Positions 39,425 to 52,076 of a DNA stretch of 64,000 nt are shown here, one piece after another. The stretch lies in NCBI GenBank assembly GCA_026025795.1, contig JAPEUG010000050.1, positions 1-64,000 on the forward strand. The letters run 5' to 3'. The DNA comes from Thelocarpon superellum (Eukaryota). Both the position numbers and the translations under genes were made by a program. Every line of letters starts with the position of its first letter. Position 1 is the first letter of the stretch. The notes under the pieces were generated by a model, which saw only the letters and a program-made list of their open reading frames with translations, was not told where the DNA came from and did not search any database.

Positions 39425-41181
39425 TGGAAAGCGAACCATCTCAGTCGAGCCAATCAGGCTCCGTCGAAGCTGATCGGTCTTCGTCCAACGCAAACATCCG
39501 TCTTTCGAGTCGGCTGAGGTACAGCTGCACAGAGTGAACAGCTTCCCCCTCATATGTCGTGCAGCAGGTGTATTCGAGGTCGAAGAAAGAAAGTAGAATG
39601 ACTGGCTGGGTCTTTGCTTCTCCGCGCGAGAATTGGTCTTGCATTTTCTCGACGCCTACGGAGTACCTAGACAGAGCACCGCCAGCTAGTCCTGCACCAC
39701 TTTTCGCCGCTCTCGTGCCTACCCTGGTGGGTAATCGGTTTTCTCGAAACTGCAATCGTCCAAATTGGTGCTCTTGTTAGGCACCTGTTATTCTATTATG
39801 CGCGCCGCCAAACACCATGACCGTGCGGAGAGACTGGGTGTCAGAGTCGCGCACGCTTCCAGCGAACCGAGTGGATTCCGACTTGCGCAAACGCCAGCAA
39901 ATCAACACCGGACGCTGTCGTAGCGAACGCATCCGGAACAGCGAAGTGTGCGTACTGAGCAAGAGGCGAGGTGTATTCGGGCTGTACGATGGTTGCCAGA
40001 AGATTTGAGGAACAGGCTTGAGAAAAGGTAGATCTAATGCGATGACATTTGCTGGACCGACAATAATGAGAACGTACGAGTCGAAAAACAAATCGAGCAG
40101 GCTGCTATGGTAGTATGTAAGTGACCATTCCTGCCGCTGTCATACGGTGGGGCCGCCACTCCAACTCACACTCGCTTTGCCAATGACTTCGTCCGTGTCG
40201 TGAGCGCCATGCAACCCCTCTGTACTTCGTCCATTGAATGTGGCCATCACGCCTACTCTTCCTAATCCCGCCCGTCTGGAGTGCAGCTGCCTCACAGCCA
40301 ATGCGCTATGGCCGGTGATTCCGTGGAATCCGAGTCGCCCTGGGACTCCGACACCAAGGCTCGGTTCACCAAGTACGCCGTCTACCATCTCACGCCTGAT
40401 GACACCGTGGTGGCTGACGGCTAATGACTGATGCTCGCAGCAAACGTAACAGCGAATACTTTGACCCTTGCCAGGAAGCGGCATCTCGGAGCATGAAATG
40501 TCTGCACCGCAACGGTGGTGACCGCGAGATGTGCACCGACTACTTTCAGTAGGTACACCATGCCCGATCATTGATCTGTCATCTTCCGACGCACTGACAC
40601 AGCTCCGCCACCAGAGCCTACCGTGACTGCAAGAAACATTGGGTACGTGGGTGCAACGTCGCGTTACCTTTCGCGAGGACGCTCACGCTGATTGATCTCT
40701 AGATGGCGGAACGAAGGGAGGCCAAACGGAAGGAATGGTCCTCAAGCCTTGGAGGGTAGGCACTGCCCCGAGCTACGTAGATGGCGGTGTGGGTTGCGAG
40801 TCGGCACCCTCGAAGGATAAGATCGATGAGCCACAAAACATGGAGCGTTCCGCTCATCTAGGCCTAGATGAAGCCTGTGTATGACGGTTCTAAAGAATCG
40901 GTTGGATGTTCCATGGCTTCGCTCGAAGCTTGAGGAGCTCGAGGAGCGCGAGCAGCGTAGGGTCAATGCCGGGGGCCTCCGCGGGAACTACCGCCGTCCA
41001 GCTTAGTCAACGGATCTTGGATAACCAAAAAGTTCACTTGAGTTCAGAACTATTATCACGTATCAAATAGTCTAAACCGCCGCTGCGCCCAACACACGGG
41101 ACAATTGCCTACGCAACGGTAGCGCAGGGTCCAGCGTGGAGGATGGCGAGCAAGGCGGCTCACCAAGACTGAGTCCAGAAG

Positions 41182-44100
41182 ATGTCCGCCGTCGCCGCCC
41201 GTAAGAACAAGCAAGTATGGGATGCGATTGAGAACGACAACCTGAAGCAGGCACTGCAGCTCTGCACCAAGCGCCTGAAAAAGGGGGAGAAGGATGATTA
41301 TCTGCAAGTACGGTCCAATCTGACCTTGTCCGTGTCGAGGGGCTTGAGCACTCATGGATGGTGAGTATGGTTGCAGGCCTTGAGAGGATCCATTCTCCTT
41401 CGATCATCATCCACCGCACAGAAAGACACCGGTGCGGCTGAGTTGAGCGCCCTCGTGCACAAGGAACCGCCCGTGGTTGACGTGGAAAGCCTGCTGTTGA
41501 TCCAGGATGGCATCCGCTCCCTTCAGCAGCAGCGTGAACCCACGCCAGAGAACATCAGGGGCCCGGATGACGCCGCGACGCTCTGGGAACGTGCCATCAG
41601 GGCGCGGCCGCAAGACGAAGCCTTGCCGCGCGAGTGGTTTGGGAAAGCATTTGACCGGCAGGATTGGCGAGCTGCTCAAAAGGTATTCACGCCGCCTACC
41701 GGCCGAGCCAGATGGGACGCGGGCCAGGCGTGTGGGCTAACAAGATGGGCATCTGCATCATAGGCCGCGATGAGCCTGCAACGCTCCTTCCCCCAAAAAC
41801 GAGAGTATTACTTCTGGGCCATTCTGTCAGCTCATCTGCTAGAGGTTGGTGTCAATGCCATCCAGGTGTTGGCCCTTCCTTGACATCCAACAGTCTTCGC
41901 CAGGCATTCCTCCTTCCGACCGAAAGCTTTTCGGCACGTTGGCATATCGAATGATCTCCAAGGCTGCGGCAGACGTGCCCATGGATCCGGTTAGTCATCT
42001 ACGACCTCCTTCCCCCTCCCAGCATGAGATCAGGACTAACGTGCGCTAGCACGCGTCAAGTCGCCCCGGCCGGTCGATCCAAACCCCGCAGGAATTGCAT
42101 CTCTTGCTGCTCATCTACCGTAGGCATGGGTACGTGGCCGAGGCAATGCAGATCTTGCAAAGTGCTCATATCGGCACCCATTCATCCGTGGCCAAGGGCG
42201 ATTGGAGCTTTGTGCGAATCCACCTCGACCTCCTAGAAGAAGCGGGGCGATGGTCAGACCTGTGGCACGCATGTCTCGCGCTGCTCCGCAAGGCGCAAGA
42301 GGATCCGCCCACACCAGACGACGTTACGCATGAGCCACCGTCCAGTCCGGCGTACGGAGATGATTGGAGAGTGTGGAAGGGCCTGGTGGTGGCCTGCACG
42401 CGCCTGCAGGAGGCAGAGTAAGCTCCCTCCTGCGCTCGACTTTCTGCGGTGATACTCATCTCTTTCACAGCGTCTGGGATCGCACGAAAAGGGCCATTTC
42501 CGGCTGGATAGGTCCCGACTGTACGTCCCGGAATTCACGTCTAGCCCTGCTGGAGCTTTGGAACGCGAGGGTAGCCTCCGAAGAAACCGCGGTGGAAGCG
42601 CTGCGGGAGCTCGTGGAAGCGTGCAAGAATTACTTTGATGAGACCTCGACCAAGACGTGTTGCTTCGATGATCTCCGCACCTATGTCGAGCGTTTAGACG
42701 AGCCCGGCCAAGAGGAATTTGTCCGGCACATTGATGCTATCGTGAACCAGGCGGAGGCAGACGAAAACGTCGAGGAGGTGGCGCTCACCTCTTTTGGTCT
42801 CATGGACTCTGCTGACTCTGCTTTGGTTAGAGTACTCGAATCATGAGGACGGCGACGAGGATCAATCATGCCAAACTCATCTTTCTCACACGCATCTCTC
42901 AATGTCGCCCGGAGATCTACGACGAAGTGCTCCCGAGATTCATCGAACGATGTCTCAAGCTTTACCGCATCAGTCTTCCCTTGGGCGCTGGATTGGTGGT
43001 TACGGACAACCGACCGGGCGACGATGCCTCCATCCTTGCCGTCATGGGGCTCGTCTACCGATATGTATCTGCGCGGAATGGTGGCTCGTCAGGCTCTTGC
43101 CACCTCCTTCAGGCATCTACGCTCCTCGAACATGTCCTATCGCGATCAAAGCAGAATTACCAGGCCCTGCTGATGCTAGTTCGCATCTATCGACTTACTG
43201 GCGCGGGTTCGCTGGCGAGCACCGTCTACCCTCGCCTGGCCATCAAGCAAATCCAACACGACACACTGTCCCACAATATGTACACCCGCATCTCCAGCGT
43301 GCATCCCCACCCCACGACCTCGCTCACCCCGGCCATCGAACAGATGGATGCGGACCCTGCGCTGGGACTGACGCGAGCCATGGGGATTTATGACTCCTCC
43401 GCTAAGCAGCTTCCGGGGCTGAGCAGGAAAGCTCTCAACGAAGGAAGTTATGATCAAGTGCCAGGCTTTCTGGAGTTCGGTCGACGTGTACGAGATAGCG
43501 TCTGCAAGACCATGTGGAAGAGCGAACGCCGGCGCATCGATCGATTGATTGGATCCTCCTCAAATGGCCGACGAGCCGAGCCGATGGGTAAGGAGGTTCA
43601 AGGAGCAGGATAATGGTCCTATATGCTGACGTGGGCCGAACCTGTCAATAGACTTGCCGCCGGCCGCATTGACCGACAACCGCGACAATGACGTGATGAT
43701 GCGTGTGGAACGGTCGAGTGTGCCTAGCTTCGACGAGGTGATTCGGTTGGGACCACAGCCAAAGGTTGGGCAAGACGTGCGATTGGTGGAAGTGAAGCGC
43801 CTGACTGACCCTCGCAGGCTTCCTGGGTGTCGGCGTTTGCGATGGTGGAGGAAATCTACGCGGAGACTTATACGGGCCACGACGAGAACCCCGGGGGGAA
43901 TCCTCGGCAAAAAAGGGACTTTGCCGCCTTGGCGCGGCTTCTTGACGACATCGTATCGCAGCCAGGCTTCAGTGGCGAAAGCACTGACTCTGAGCGGACC
44001 TATCTCAGATGTCAAGTCCACGTCGCAAAGACCCTGGATGGCGTCCGTGGCACCCCATCGGGACGGGGTGAGGCCATCGAGCGCTGCATCGATTCTCTCG

Positions 44101-44585
44101 AGCAGTGGCTGCAAGGGAAGTCAAGCCACACCCACGGCGATCACGTCGAGGCAATGCAGGTGTTGGCTTTGAAATCCAGCCCGCCGAGCCTGAACTGGGA
44201 ACATTTGCATGAGCAGTTCCTTTGCTTGGATGCCCTGAAAGGGATTCTAGCATTACTCAACTTCGTGACTGCTGGACCCAAAGCGATGAAAGATGCGATC
44301 TCGAAAGAAAGGGACTTGAGATTGCGGTCGTTGGTCCGGGACGCGCATGAACGCATTCGATCCCAAACCCGTCAACGACGCAATCTCCTTTCGGAGAGTG
44401 GCGTTGTGGGACAGGTGGTGGATGCGATGCTGGAACGACGCGAGGACGGGCAGGGGACCATCGGCTCAGTCTTGCAGGAGCTCATCGGGGAAGCTGAGAC
44501 GGAACGGGTGGCATCCAGATTCATCGAAAGCTGGTTGGAGGCTTTGGACGGTATCCTTCGTGTGAAGATAGATGGAGACTTGTGA
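41182..44585 (+). CDS. MDM20: N-terminal acetyltransferase B auxiliary subunit (NAA25/MDM20 family)
   Basis: QVWDAIENDNLKQALQLCTKRLKK, AQKAAMSLQRSFPQKREYYFWAI, SRNSRLALLEL, KTCCFDDLRTY, LAIKQIQHDTLSH; multi-exon. Confidence 0.9.
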
Positions 44586-44849
44586 CTGTTTATGACGAAG
44601 AGCCCCAGTACATCCCGTTACATTCACATGGTCGTTGTGCTTGATTGGACAGAGGGCTGAACTTGTCATCTCTTTTCGACATGTGCCTCTGAGTCTTCGT
44701 TCTCATCTCATTCACTCAACCTGCTAGGGCAACGCGTCCAACTATCGCGCTGTTCTTTTCATCGGCGCGCTCTGTTTTGGCTGGTCTACTTCCTTTTCTC
44801 TTTCCTCTCCACGCTTTCCCTCGCACCTTACTACTCTTCTGCTCTGCTG

Positions 44850-44896
44850 CTTCTCTACTTCTCTACTTTTCTACTTCTCTACTTCTCTACTTCTCT
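44850..44896 (+). repeat. Pyrimidine-rich 8-bp repeat (CTTCTCTA) about x6 upstream of the HMG/YABBY-like gene
   Basis: Read directly from sequence; resembles a fungal CT-rich promoter element. Confidence 0.85.
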
Positions 44897-45135
44897 TCCC
44901 CACTACTCCACTTCTCCGCTTCAACTTTCGAATACTTCTTCACGTCTCCACGTTTCCGCCTCTCGAATCTACATTCTCTGAGATCCCGACCTCAAGCTTC
45001 GCAAGACCACCATACTGCAAGGTTTCTTGTTTAAAGTGAACAAGATCTCCACCTCATACTCGCGCAAGGTCGCCAACCCTCTGGATTCTACCACCGTTAG
45101 TCATATCATAAATTCTACGTGTATCCAGTTTCGCA

Positions 45136-45949
45136 ATGGCTTCTTCCAAAGGTACGATGGCTTGCTCTCCATTCTCGGCGCCTGTCCCTTGCGCGTGAAG
45201 TTTGCACCGATGTGCGCGCGCTCGGGTCATTTGTGCGCGCGCATGGCAAAGCTGTGCGCGTTGCTTATTATCCTTCTCCCGATTCCTGCCCACTTCCCCA
45301 CCCCCATCATCAAACCTACTCCTCCTTTTCATCTCCGCCCCTCATCATCGTATCTATTCCTACTCATCATCCTCGCTTATCATCTCCTATATACACTAAC
45401 GGCGCAGGCCGCCCTACCCACTCGTCGAAAGTCTCGAAGAAAGCATCGAGCACGAAGTCGACGTCTGGAGAAGAGGCCTCCACCAAGAAGTCTCGCTCTG
45501 GGCCGCGCCCCACGGGGCGCAATAAGCCGACGATCTACAACAAGTTCGGTGAGTCTCCTCTCTCTGCTTACATCCGCCCCGCTCCATCTCACTCGGTCGT
45601 GACGGAGGCCAGCTTGCTGACCACCTGGGCCGCCCTATCCAGTCAAGGAGCACTGGAAGACGATGGTGCAAGAGAACCCGGGGTTGGACGCCGAGGGCAT
45701 GCGCAAGCGCATGTCTGAGATGGTGCGTCGCACCTCTTGTTTCTGCGGCTCCGCGTCGTCGGCCCGCCGGTCGACCACCCTCTTCCTCGTCGTTGCCGAA
45801 TCTCTACTGAAGCTCTACTGACGGACGTCATTTTGCACTCGCAGTGGAAGACGTCCCCCAATAATCCACGGGCGATAAAGGAGGGAGAGACCGCGGCTTT
45901 TACGGCCGCCGCGGTCAACACGACGGAGGCCGCAGCAAAGAAGAAATGA
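45136..45949 (+). CDS. Small basic YABBY-type HMG-box protein (113 aa)
   Basis: Exons 45136-45151, 45408-45548, 45643-45722, 45845-45949 (342 nt, GT-AG introns with CTRAC branch sites) give MASSKGRPTHSSKVSKKASSTKSTSGEEASTKKSRSGPRPTGRNKPTIYNKFVKEHWKTMVQENPGLDAEGMRKRMSEMWKTSPNNPRAIKEGETAAFTAAAVNTTEAAAKKK*. Confidence 0.78.
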
Positions 45950-45988
45950 GGTCGCATCGCTTTTCTTCCTGGATCATGCGCGCGCACA

Positions 45989-46022
45989 ACTATGCACACC
46001 ACTATGCACACCACTATGCACA
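45989..46022 (+). repeat. 12-bp tandem repeat (ACTATGCACACC) about x3 in the 3' flank of the HMG/YABBY-like gene
   Basis: Read directly from sequence. Confidence 0.9.
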
Positions 46023-46298
46023 AGAAGCTGCACCAACATGCCTGGAGTTGGCGATGGAGGGATGGCAAGAACAGATTTCACCCAGGATGACAGCGCTGTG
46101 GCTAAAGAGTCGAAGGAGGAGCATGAATCCACCATGACCTGCGGTCTTTGCTGATACAAATGGCTTGACTAGTTGTGCGTCTAATCTTTCAATTCTCATG
46201 CTCATGCTCGTGCTGGTACCAATACATCCTCGTACGGCCAGACTAGACCAGACGTAACATGCTGGACACGACCTCGCACGCATGTTCTGGTGTGCCCG

Positions 46299-47073
46299 TC
46301 ATAAAGAGTTCTCCTCCACCGCACGCTTCTGCGCCCTTCGACCGGCTGATTCTTTCCGCTCCTCCCGTAAAGTGACGTATACCTGGACGAGACCCGTGTC
46401 AGTTAGCTTCGTTGTAGACCAGGACGCCGCGGCGACAGTTCGCAGCAGCGCACGTCTTGTGAACACCCACCCAGAACCACACGACCATCTCAACAAACGC
46501 CCAGGAGAAGACGAGACTGTTCTGCAGGCCCGGCCCCGCCGCCGTGATCTTCATTCCCTGATACGCCCCGGCTCCGGTGCCTGACCCGCCGGGCTTCGTG
46601 AGGTAAGTGTACCCCGTGAGGATGAAGAAGAACAACAACCGGATGGGTGCTGGCAGATGAGCGTGTCAGCATCCGTATCGACAAGGTGGGAGGATTCTAT
46701 TCCTGCGCGGGCGGACATACTCTGGTTATCCCAATAAAAGCTCGTCACCTCCTCGGGCATGGACACGGCCACCAGATCGTTGACGGCAAACAAGGTGAAG
46801 ACGATGGCGAGAAAAGATGAAAGCGCACTGGGCTCGTCGAGGGTATCAATGTGCGGCTGGATGTATTGTATGCCTCGGTCAGCATTGCATCGACGCGGCG
46901 CGTCAGGGTCGTAGCCCGGCAGTTCCCAGACTCACCAGTCGCATCGCGGCGCCCACGATCAGGACTAGGTTCTGGTCGGCCAGGGTTTTGGGCGAAAACA
47001 TGAAGTAATAGGCCAATGCCAGATGGAAGAGGCACAGGTACCGAATGATGGAGACTCCCGAGAAGAAGGCCAT
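46299..47073 (-). CDS. ILM1: Increased loss of mitochondrial DNA protein 1 (Ilm1 family membrane protein)
   Basis: MAFFSGVSIIRYLCLFHLALAYYF...LADQNLVLIVGAAMRL, NDLVAVSMPEE...YWDNQ, LQNSLVFSWAFVEMVVWFW-VYVTLREER; four exons. Confidence 0.85.
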
Positions 47074-47091
47074 GGCGATGAGATGCCGGAG

Positions 47092-47140
47092 GTGGACGGT
47101 GGACCGTGGACGGTGGACCGTGGACCGTGGACAGTGGACA
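47092..47140 (+). repeat. 7-bp repeat (GTGGACN)x7 in the ILM1/GGTase-I beta divergent intergenic region
   Basis: Read directly from sequence; starts 18 nt upstream of the ILM1 ATG. Confidence 0.9.
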
Positions 47141-47334
47141 GCTTGGCTCTCGAGAGCTAACGTAGCATAGCGATTAGTTATGCCGGATGTTGCGTCGCCG
47201 GCTGGGAGAAAGTTGTTCCGCTCCGATCCGCCGGGAGCTCTCCGCCCTTCCCCGCCCCGCCGAGGCCGGAGCTCCGCAGGCACCACTTCACCGGGACGAC
47301 AACCCGCCGGGGAGGGCAGACCGGCAAGGACAAG

Positions 47335-49069
47335 ATGGCAGGTCCACCGTCAGTGGCGCCGGAGCCGGTGCTGAACAAGGCACGGCACATCAACTACTGG
47401 CTCCGATGTCTCAAGACTCTCCTGCCGACGGACTACACGTCGAACGACTCGAACCGCATGACGCTGGGCTTCTTCATCATCTCGGCGCTGGACGTGCTCG
47501 GCGTGCTCGAGACACATACGAAGCCGGAGGAGCGTCGAGAATACATCGACTGGATCTACCACTGTCAGCATCCCGAAGGCGGCTTCCGCGGATTCCCCGC
47601 CACGGACTTTGGAGCGCGACGGACGGCGGCGAACGCGCAGTGGGACCCGGCCAACCTCCCGGCGACCTTCTTTGCGCTCGCGACGCTCATCGTGCTCGGG
47701 GATGACTTGACGCGCGTGAGGACACGGCAGTGTCTGGCGTGGTTGCCCACCTTGCAGCGTGAGGAAGGGAGTCTCGGCGAGATGTTGGGAGAGGGTGCCC
47801 GCATCGAGGGGAAGAGAGATATGCGCTTCTGCTACTCTGCTGCCGCGGTGCGCTGGATACTACGAGGTCCGCGGGCTGAGACGGTGGCGGACGTACCGGA
47901 CCTCGATGTCGACGCCATGGTCCGATTCATCAATGCCTCGGAGGTACGAGGGGCCATGGCCGTGGCACTTGCGGGGAGATGTGTCTGACCGGGTGCTAGA
48001 CGTACGAGCATGGCTTCGCGGAAGGCCCGTATCGAGAAGCGCACGGTAGGGAGATGCAAATCTGCAAGGAGACCGGTCGGGCTCACGCGACTTGCAGCCG
48101 GACTGACCTACTGTGCCGTGGGGACGCTCTCGCTGCTCGATCGATTGGCCTCCGCATCGCTGCCAGCCTCTCCGCCAGCCACAGAATCAACGACGGTCGG
48201 ACTCACCGATCCGGAATCTACCATCCGGTGGCTTCTCTCTCGACAGATCATCCAAGCAGACGACGAGGGTGACGAAAGCGAGGACGAAGAGGCGGACAAC
48301 GTCCCAACCGATGTCCCCGACTTGCTCCATCACGCGGACGGAGTCGGATGTTTTCCAGCAGACTTCACCGCGGCGGGATTCAACGGCCGCTGTAACAAAG
48401 ATGCCGATACATGCTATGCGTTCTGGGTGAGCGGATCAATGGCTGTAGGTATCCGCCTGCTGATGGACGTGGAAGCGCGGATCAAAGCGAGCATGCTGAC
48501 CTCGAGCCTGAGATCCTGAACCCCTCCTACCCCTCGCACCTCTTGTCCTCTTCGCTCGCAAGGGCCTTTCTGCTGAACGAAACTCAACATCGGATCGGCG
48601 GGTTTGGAAAGGGACCGGGTGATGTTCCTGGTTGGTTCTCCCCAGTCGTCCTTTCGTCCTGGCGTCCCTTCTCTACCACCCGGGCGGGTGGACCGGCTGT
48701 GGCAAACGTGGTGAGAGAAACGATTGCTGAGGCTGATGGGTAGATATACTACATTCATACCTGGGCCTGGTCGCCCTGTCGATCCTAGAAGACGAGGGCG
48801 ACGATGTTGTTTCCTCCACCACTGCCCCCGCCAACGCCCCAGCAAGTGCCCTTACTACCACCAACTCATCCACCTCCAAGAACTCGTCAATACCCTCCAA
48901 CCACGAGGGAATCGAAAGCAAGACCTCCCCCGTGTCATCGGGACTGCGCCGTATCGACGCCCGCTTCTGCATCAGTACAAAAGCTCGTCTTGCTTTTGAG
49001 GAGATGCGGATCCGGACTTGGGACGACAGGCGAGAGGAGAAGAGACGAAGCGTGAGTGAGATCAGATGA
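47335..49069 (+). CDS. CDC43: Geranylgeranyltransferase type-I beta subunit
   Basis: HINYWLRCLKTLLP...DSNRMTLGFF, DMRFCYSA, EAHAGLTYCA, GFNGRCNKDADTCYAFW, GGFGKGPG...DILHSYLGL; multi-exon. Confidence 0.9.
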
Positions 49070-49296
49070 GATATGAGATACGAAATATGATTATTGTACA
49101 TACTTTGCCCAATTGCTCTTCACTATCTTCCGTTCCGTGATTGACTTGCCTAGATGCGAGATCAACGTTTCACGCACCCCTTCACCCCCCTCGCGCCCTT
49201 ATCCAACAACGCCGGAGCCTTGGGGCTCGAATCAAAGTGATATCATCGCCACCGCTTCTTCATCATCTCCACCACGTTGAAATAGCCGCCAAGCAG

Positions 49297-51152
49297 TCAC
49301 CCTCCCCGATTCGCAGCCGCATCATCCGCCTCCTCGCGCTGCTCACGGGCCTTGTCCCCCTGGGTCCAATCATGCACAAATTCCCCGGGCTCCGCGACGA
49401 GCTTGAGGCCCTGTGAGAGGGCGCCGCCGGTCTTGCCGCCTCTGCCGCGAGATTTCTTCGCGTTGGCGTCGAGGGAAGCGGCCGTGGCGCGCGCGTTGAG
49501 CGCATCTTCGTCGGATGAGCTGATGCTGCCGCCGTCGTCCTGCGCGAACGTTCCCTCCCTGCCTTCCGTCTTCTTGTTTGCCTTCTGCTCGTCCTTCATC
49601 TTGTCCAGGTGCTCGTCCGTGCATCGCAGCGTGCGGATGTGCAAGCCCGGGAAGTTGCGCTGGAATAGCTCGCCCAGCTGTGACAGGTAGTCTCCGTTCG
49701 GCCGGTAGGTGCCGGAGTCGTTGTCGATGACGAGTTCGTAGCGCGTCACGTCTTTGGGAGGCGCTTCTTCCGGTGGGCCGCCCTCGACTGGGTTGGGCGG
49801 GTGCGAGACCTGCTCGCTGTCGTTGACGTCGCGGTCGCCGTAGCGAAGGCGGCGCACGAAGAATTCGCCCGAGAAGGCTGTGTAGATGCTCACGTCCGAG
49901 TGCATGGTGTGTTTCGAGAGCAGGTCGATGCCAAATTCCTTGCCCGTCTCCGTGAATCGGAACATCCCGTCCAGCGTGAGCACGTAGGTGAAGATGCGTC
50001 CGCCTTGGTCGAAGTGCACCATCGATAGGAACTGGAGCGTGAGTTGTTCCGAGGGCTCCGGCAGACACCCATAGATGGTGGCCCGGTCGAAATTGTAGAT
50101 GCGTGCGTGTTGATGGTGCAGTGCCATGTGCAGGATATGGCCACGCACGCCCTTCTGCGAGAACATGGCCTTGACAAAGGGCTTGAACTCCACGTACCGG
50201 TGGTACAGGTGGCAGGGCACCGGGCCCTGCAGCTGGATCTGGTTTGCCTGGAAGCTACGCCACATCTCCGTCAGTCGTCGTCTCTCTCCCGCTACCATCC
50301 CCCGGGGAGCGATACGCACTTGTAATGTTCCGTTTTGCCCACTGGCCCCGGTTCTTTGACCCCGGCCAGCCGGCCGATCATGGGCGAGTAGTGCTGCGTC
50401 CAGTATTGCGGCCCAATGGTGTAGAGCCTGCCCCCCGGGGCCTCGGTGCGGCCCAGCACTTCGGCACTGATGACCAACTGCCCGCTCAAATGCATGCCCC
50501 GGCCGAAAATGGCCGCACATCCCGTCACCAGATAAGCACGTTTGCTCCCCATGCGTTTCTTGATCTTGTACGACTGCTCGTGGATGCCCGGCCAGGACTC
50601 GTCGATACCGGAGGCCAGGACTCGCACGTTGCCCAAGCGATCGTCATGGTCGGCCGGGTCCTCGTCGTAGATGCGCGCCTTCAGCAAGAACCCGCTGGCG
50701 GGCACGTTGCCCACGACCCACGTACAGTTCCACTCGGGATTGGTGCTCTTGCGGATGGTCGGGGTGCGAAAGAGAAAGCGAGGATCCTCGCGGTGGCGGG
50801 TTGGGAGGTCGGTGATGAGCTCCGCCGTGATGAAGGGATCGGAGGACATGGCGTTGATGTCGGCGATGGGGAGGTTAGCCGCGCGGTGGAAGGTGAAGCG
50901 CATGGTGAATCCTGGCGCCGCGGCGGGGACCGGCGTGTTGTCGAAGCCTCCGGGCGGCGGGGGTTCCTCTTGTTTTTCATCATGATTTTTGTTCTTGCGA
51001 TCATTTTGGCCCTTGTGATCTGCGGCATTCAACTTGGCCTGGCTGGCTTTGCCTTTGGCCTGGCTGTCGTCTGCCGCTTTCTCCTCGGTCAAGTGTCCAT
51101 TGGTTTGTGGGCCCGACCCCTGGGGCGGCAAGGTTTGGTCCGAGTCCGACAT
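49297..51152 (-). CDS. Conserved fungal C2-domain protein
   Basis: FTFHRAANLPIADINAMSSDPF, RTPTIRKSTNPEWN, DEDPADHDDRLG; C-terminal FTETGKEFGIDLLSKHTMHS and LVIDNDSGTYRP; one intron near 50251-50317. Confidence 0.88.
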
Positions 51153-52076
51153 GTTGATTGCGCAATCACCAAGCCTGATTGCCGCCGCGACAAGGGATGT
51201 TGGATAGGCGTAGATGGAGGGGAAGATGCATGGAGCTCCGGGCGTTCGCTTTGTAGGTCGGACGTTGCAAGCGGGGAAGTTGGTGTTCACGGCGAAGATG
51301 GCTGGATCAAGGCCGACAGTGCTTCGTGCGGTGCACCTCGAGCGAACTAGCCTCCCGCGATCGCAACTGATTCCTTGCTGTCCGATCTTAGCACCTCAGC
51401 TTTCTCCCAGCACTCCCATATTTCACCCGGCAGAGTGGCGGGGGAGATGGCCATGGCATTCTGGTGTGCATTTACAGCTACGGTACTTTGGACAACGGAA
51501 GACTTGGCACGTCCGCCGTCTGCCCGGGCAAAATGACGCACGCTGCGGGATGGAACTCGGCAGGGCTGGCTGGCTCGCTCCCCTGCCTGTTGCTGCAGTC
51601 TCATTCGTGGAGGCGACTCTCGCAGCGGTGAGATCCCCGGCGAAGCGACGCAGGGATCTGGGTCCACAGACGCTCCAAGCCAGCTGAAGGCGAATGCCTT
51701 GCTCCCAGTTCACGGTAAATATGGCAAGTACTTGCAAGCCTACTGGTCCGAGGAACAATTCAAAGCTTGATCACCCTGCCCTACAAAGTCGCGTGGGTAC
51801 TAGTTGAGAAAGACGTGCCGCTCGTCATGCCCTGCGGCGGAGTTATAGACGGGCGTCTGCTGGGGCCCATAGCAGTGACGCCGGTAAACCGGGGACGATG
51901 AGTAATACGGGAGCTGGGCATGTTGATCACAGCCGAGGTTGTCCCTCTCCCTCTCTTGTCTCCCGTATGGACGTTGCGATCTGAGCTCCCTGCTATCTAC
52001 CTCCCCATGGACCATTCCTTCATGTCTATGCTTCATCTCGATGGGTGCGACATATCCGGTGCTCAACTGAGGTGAC

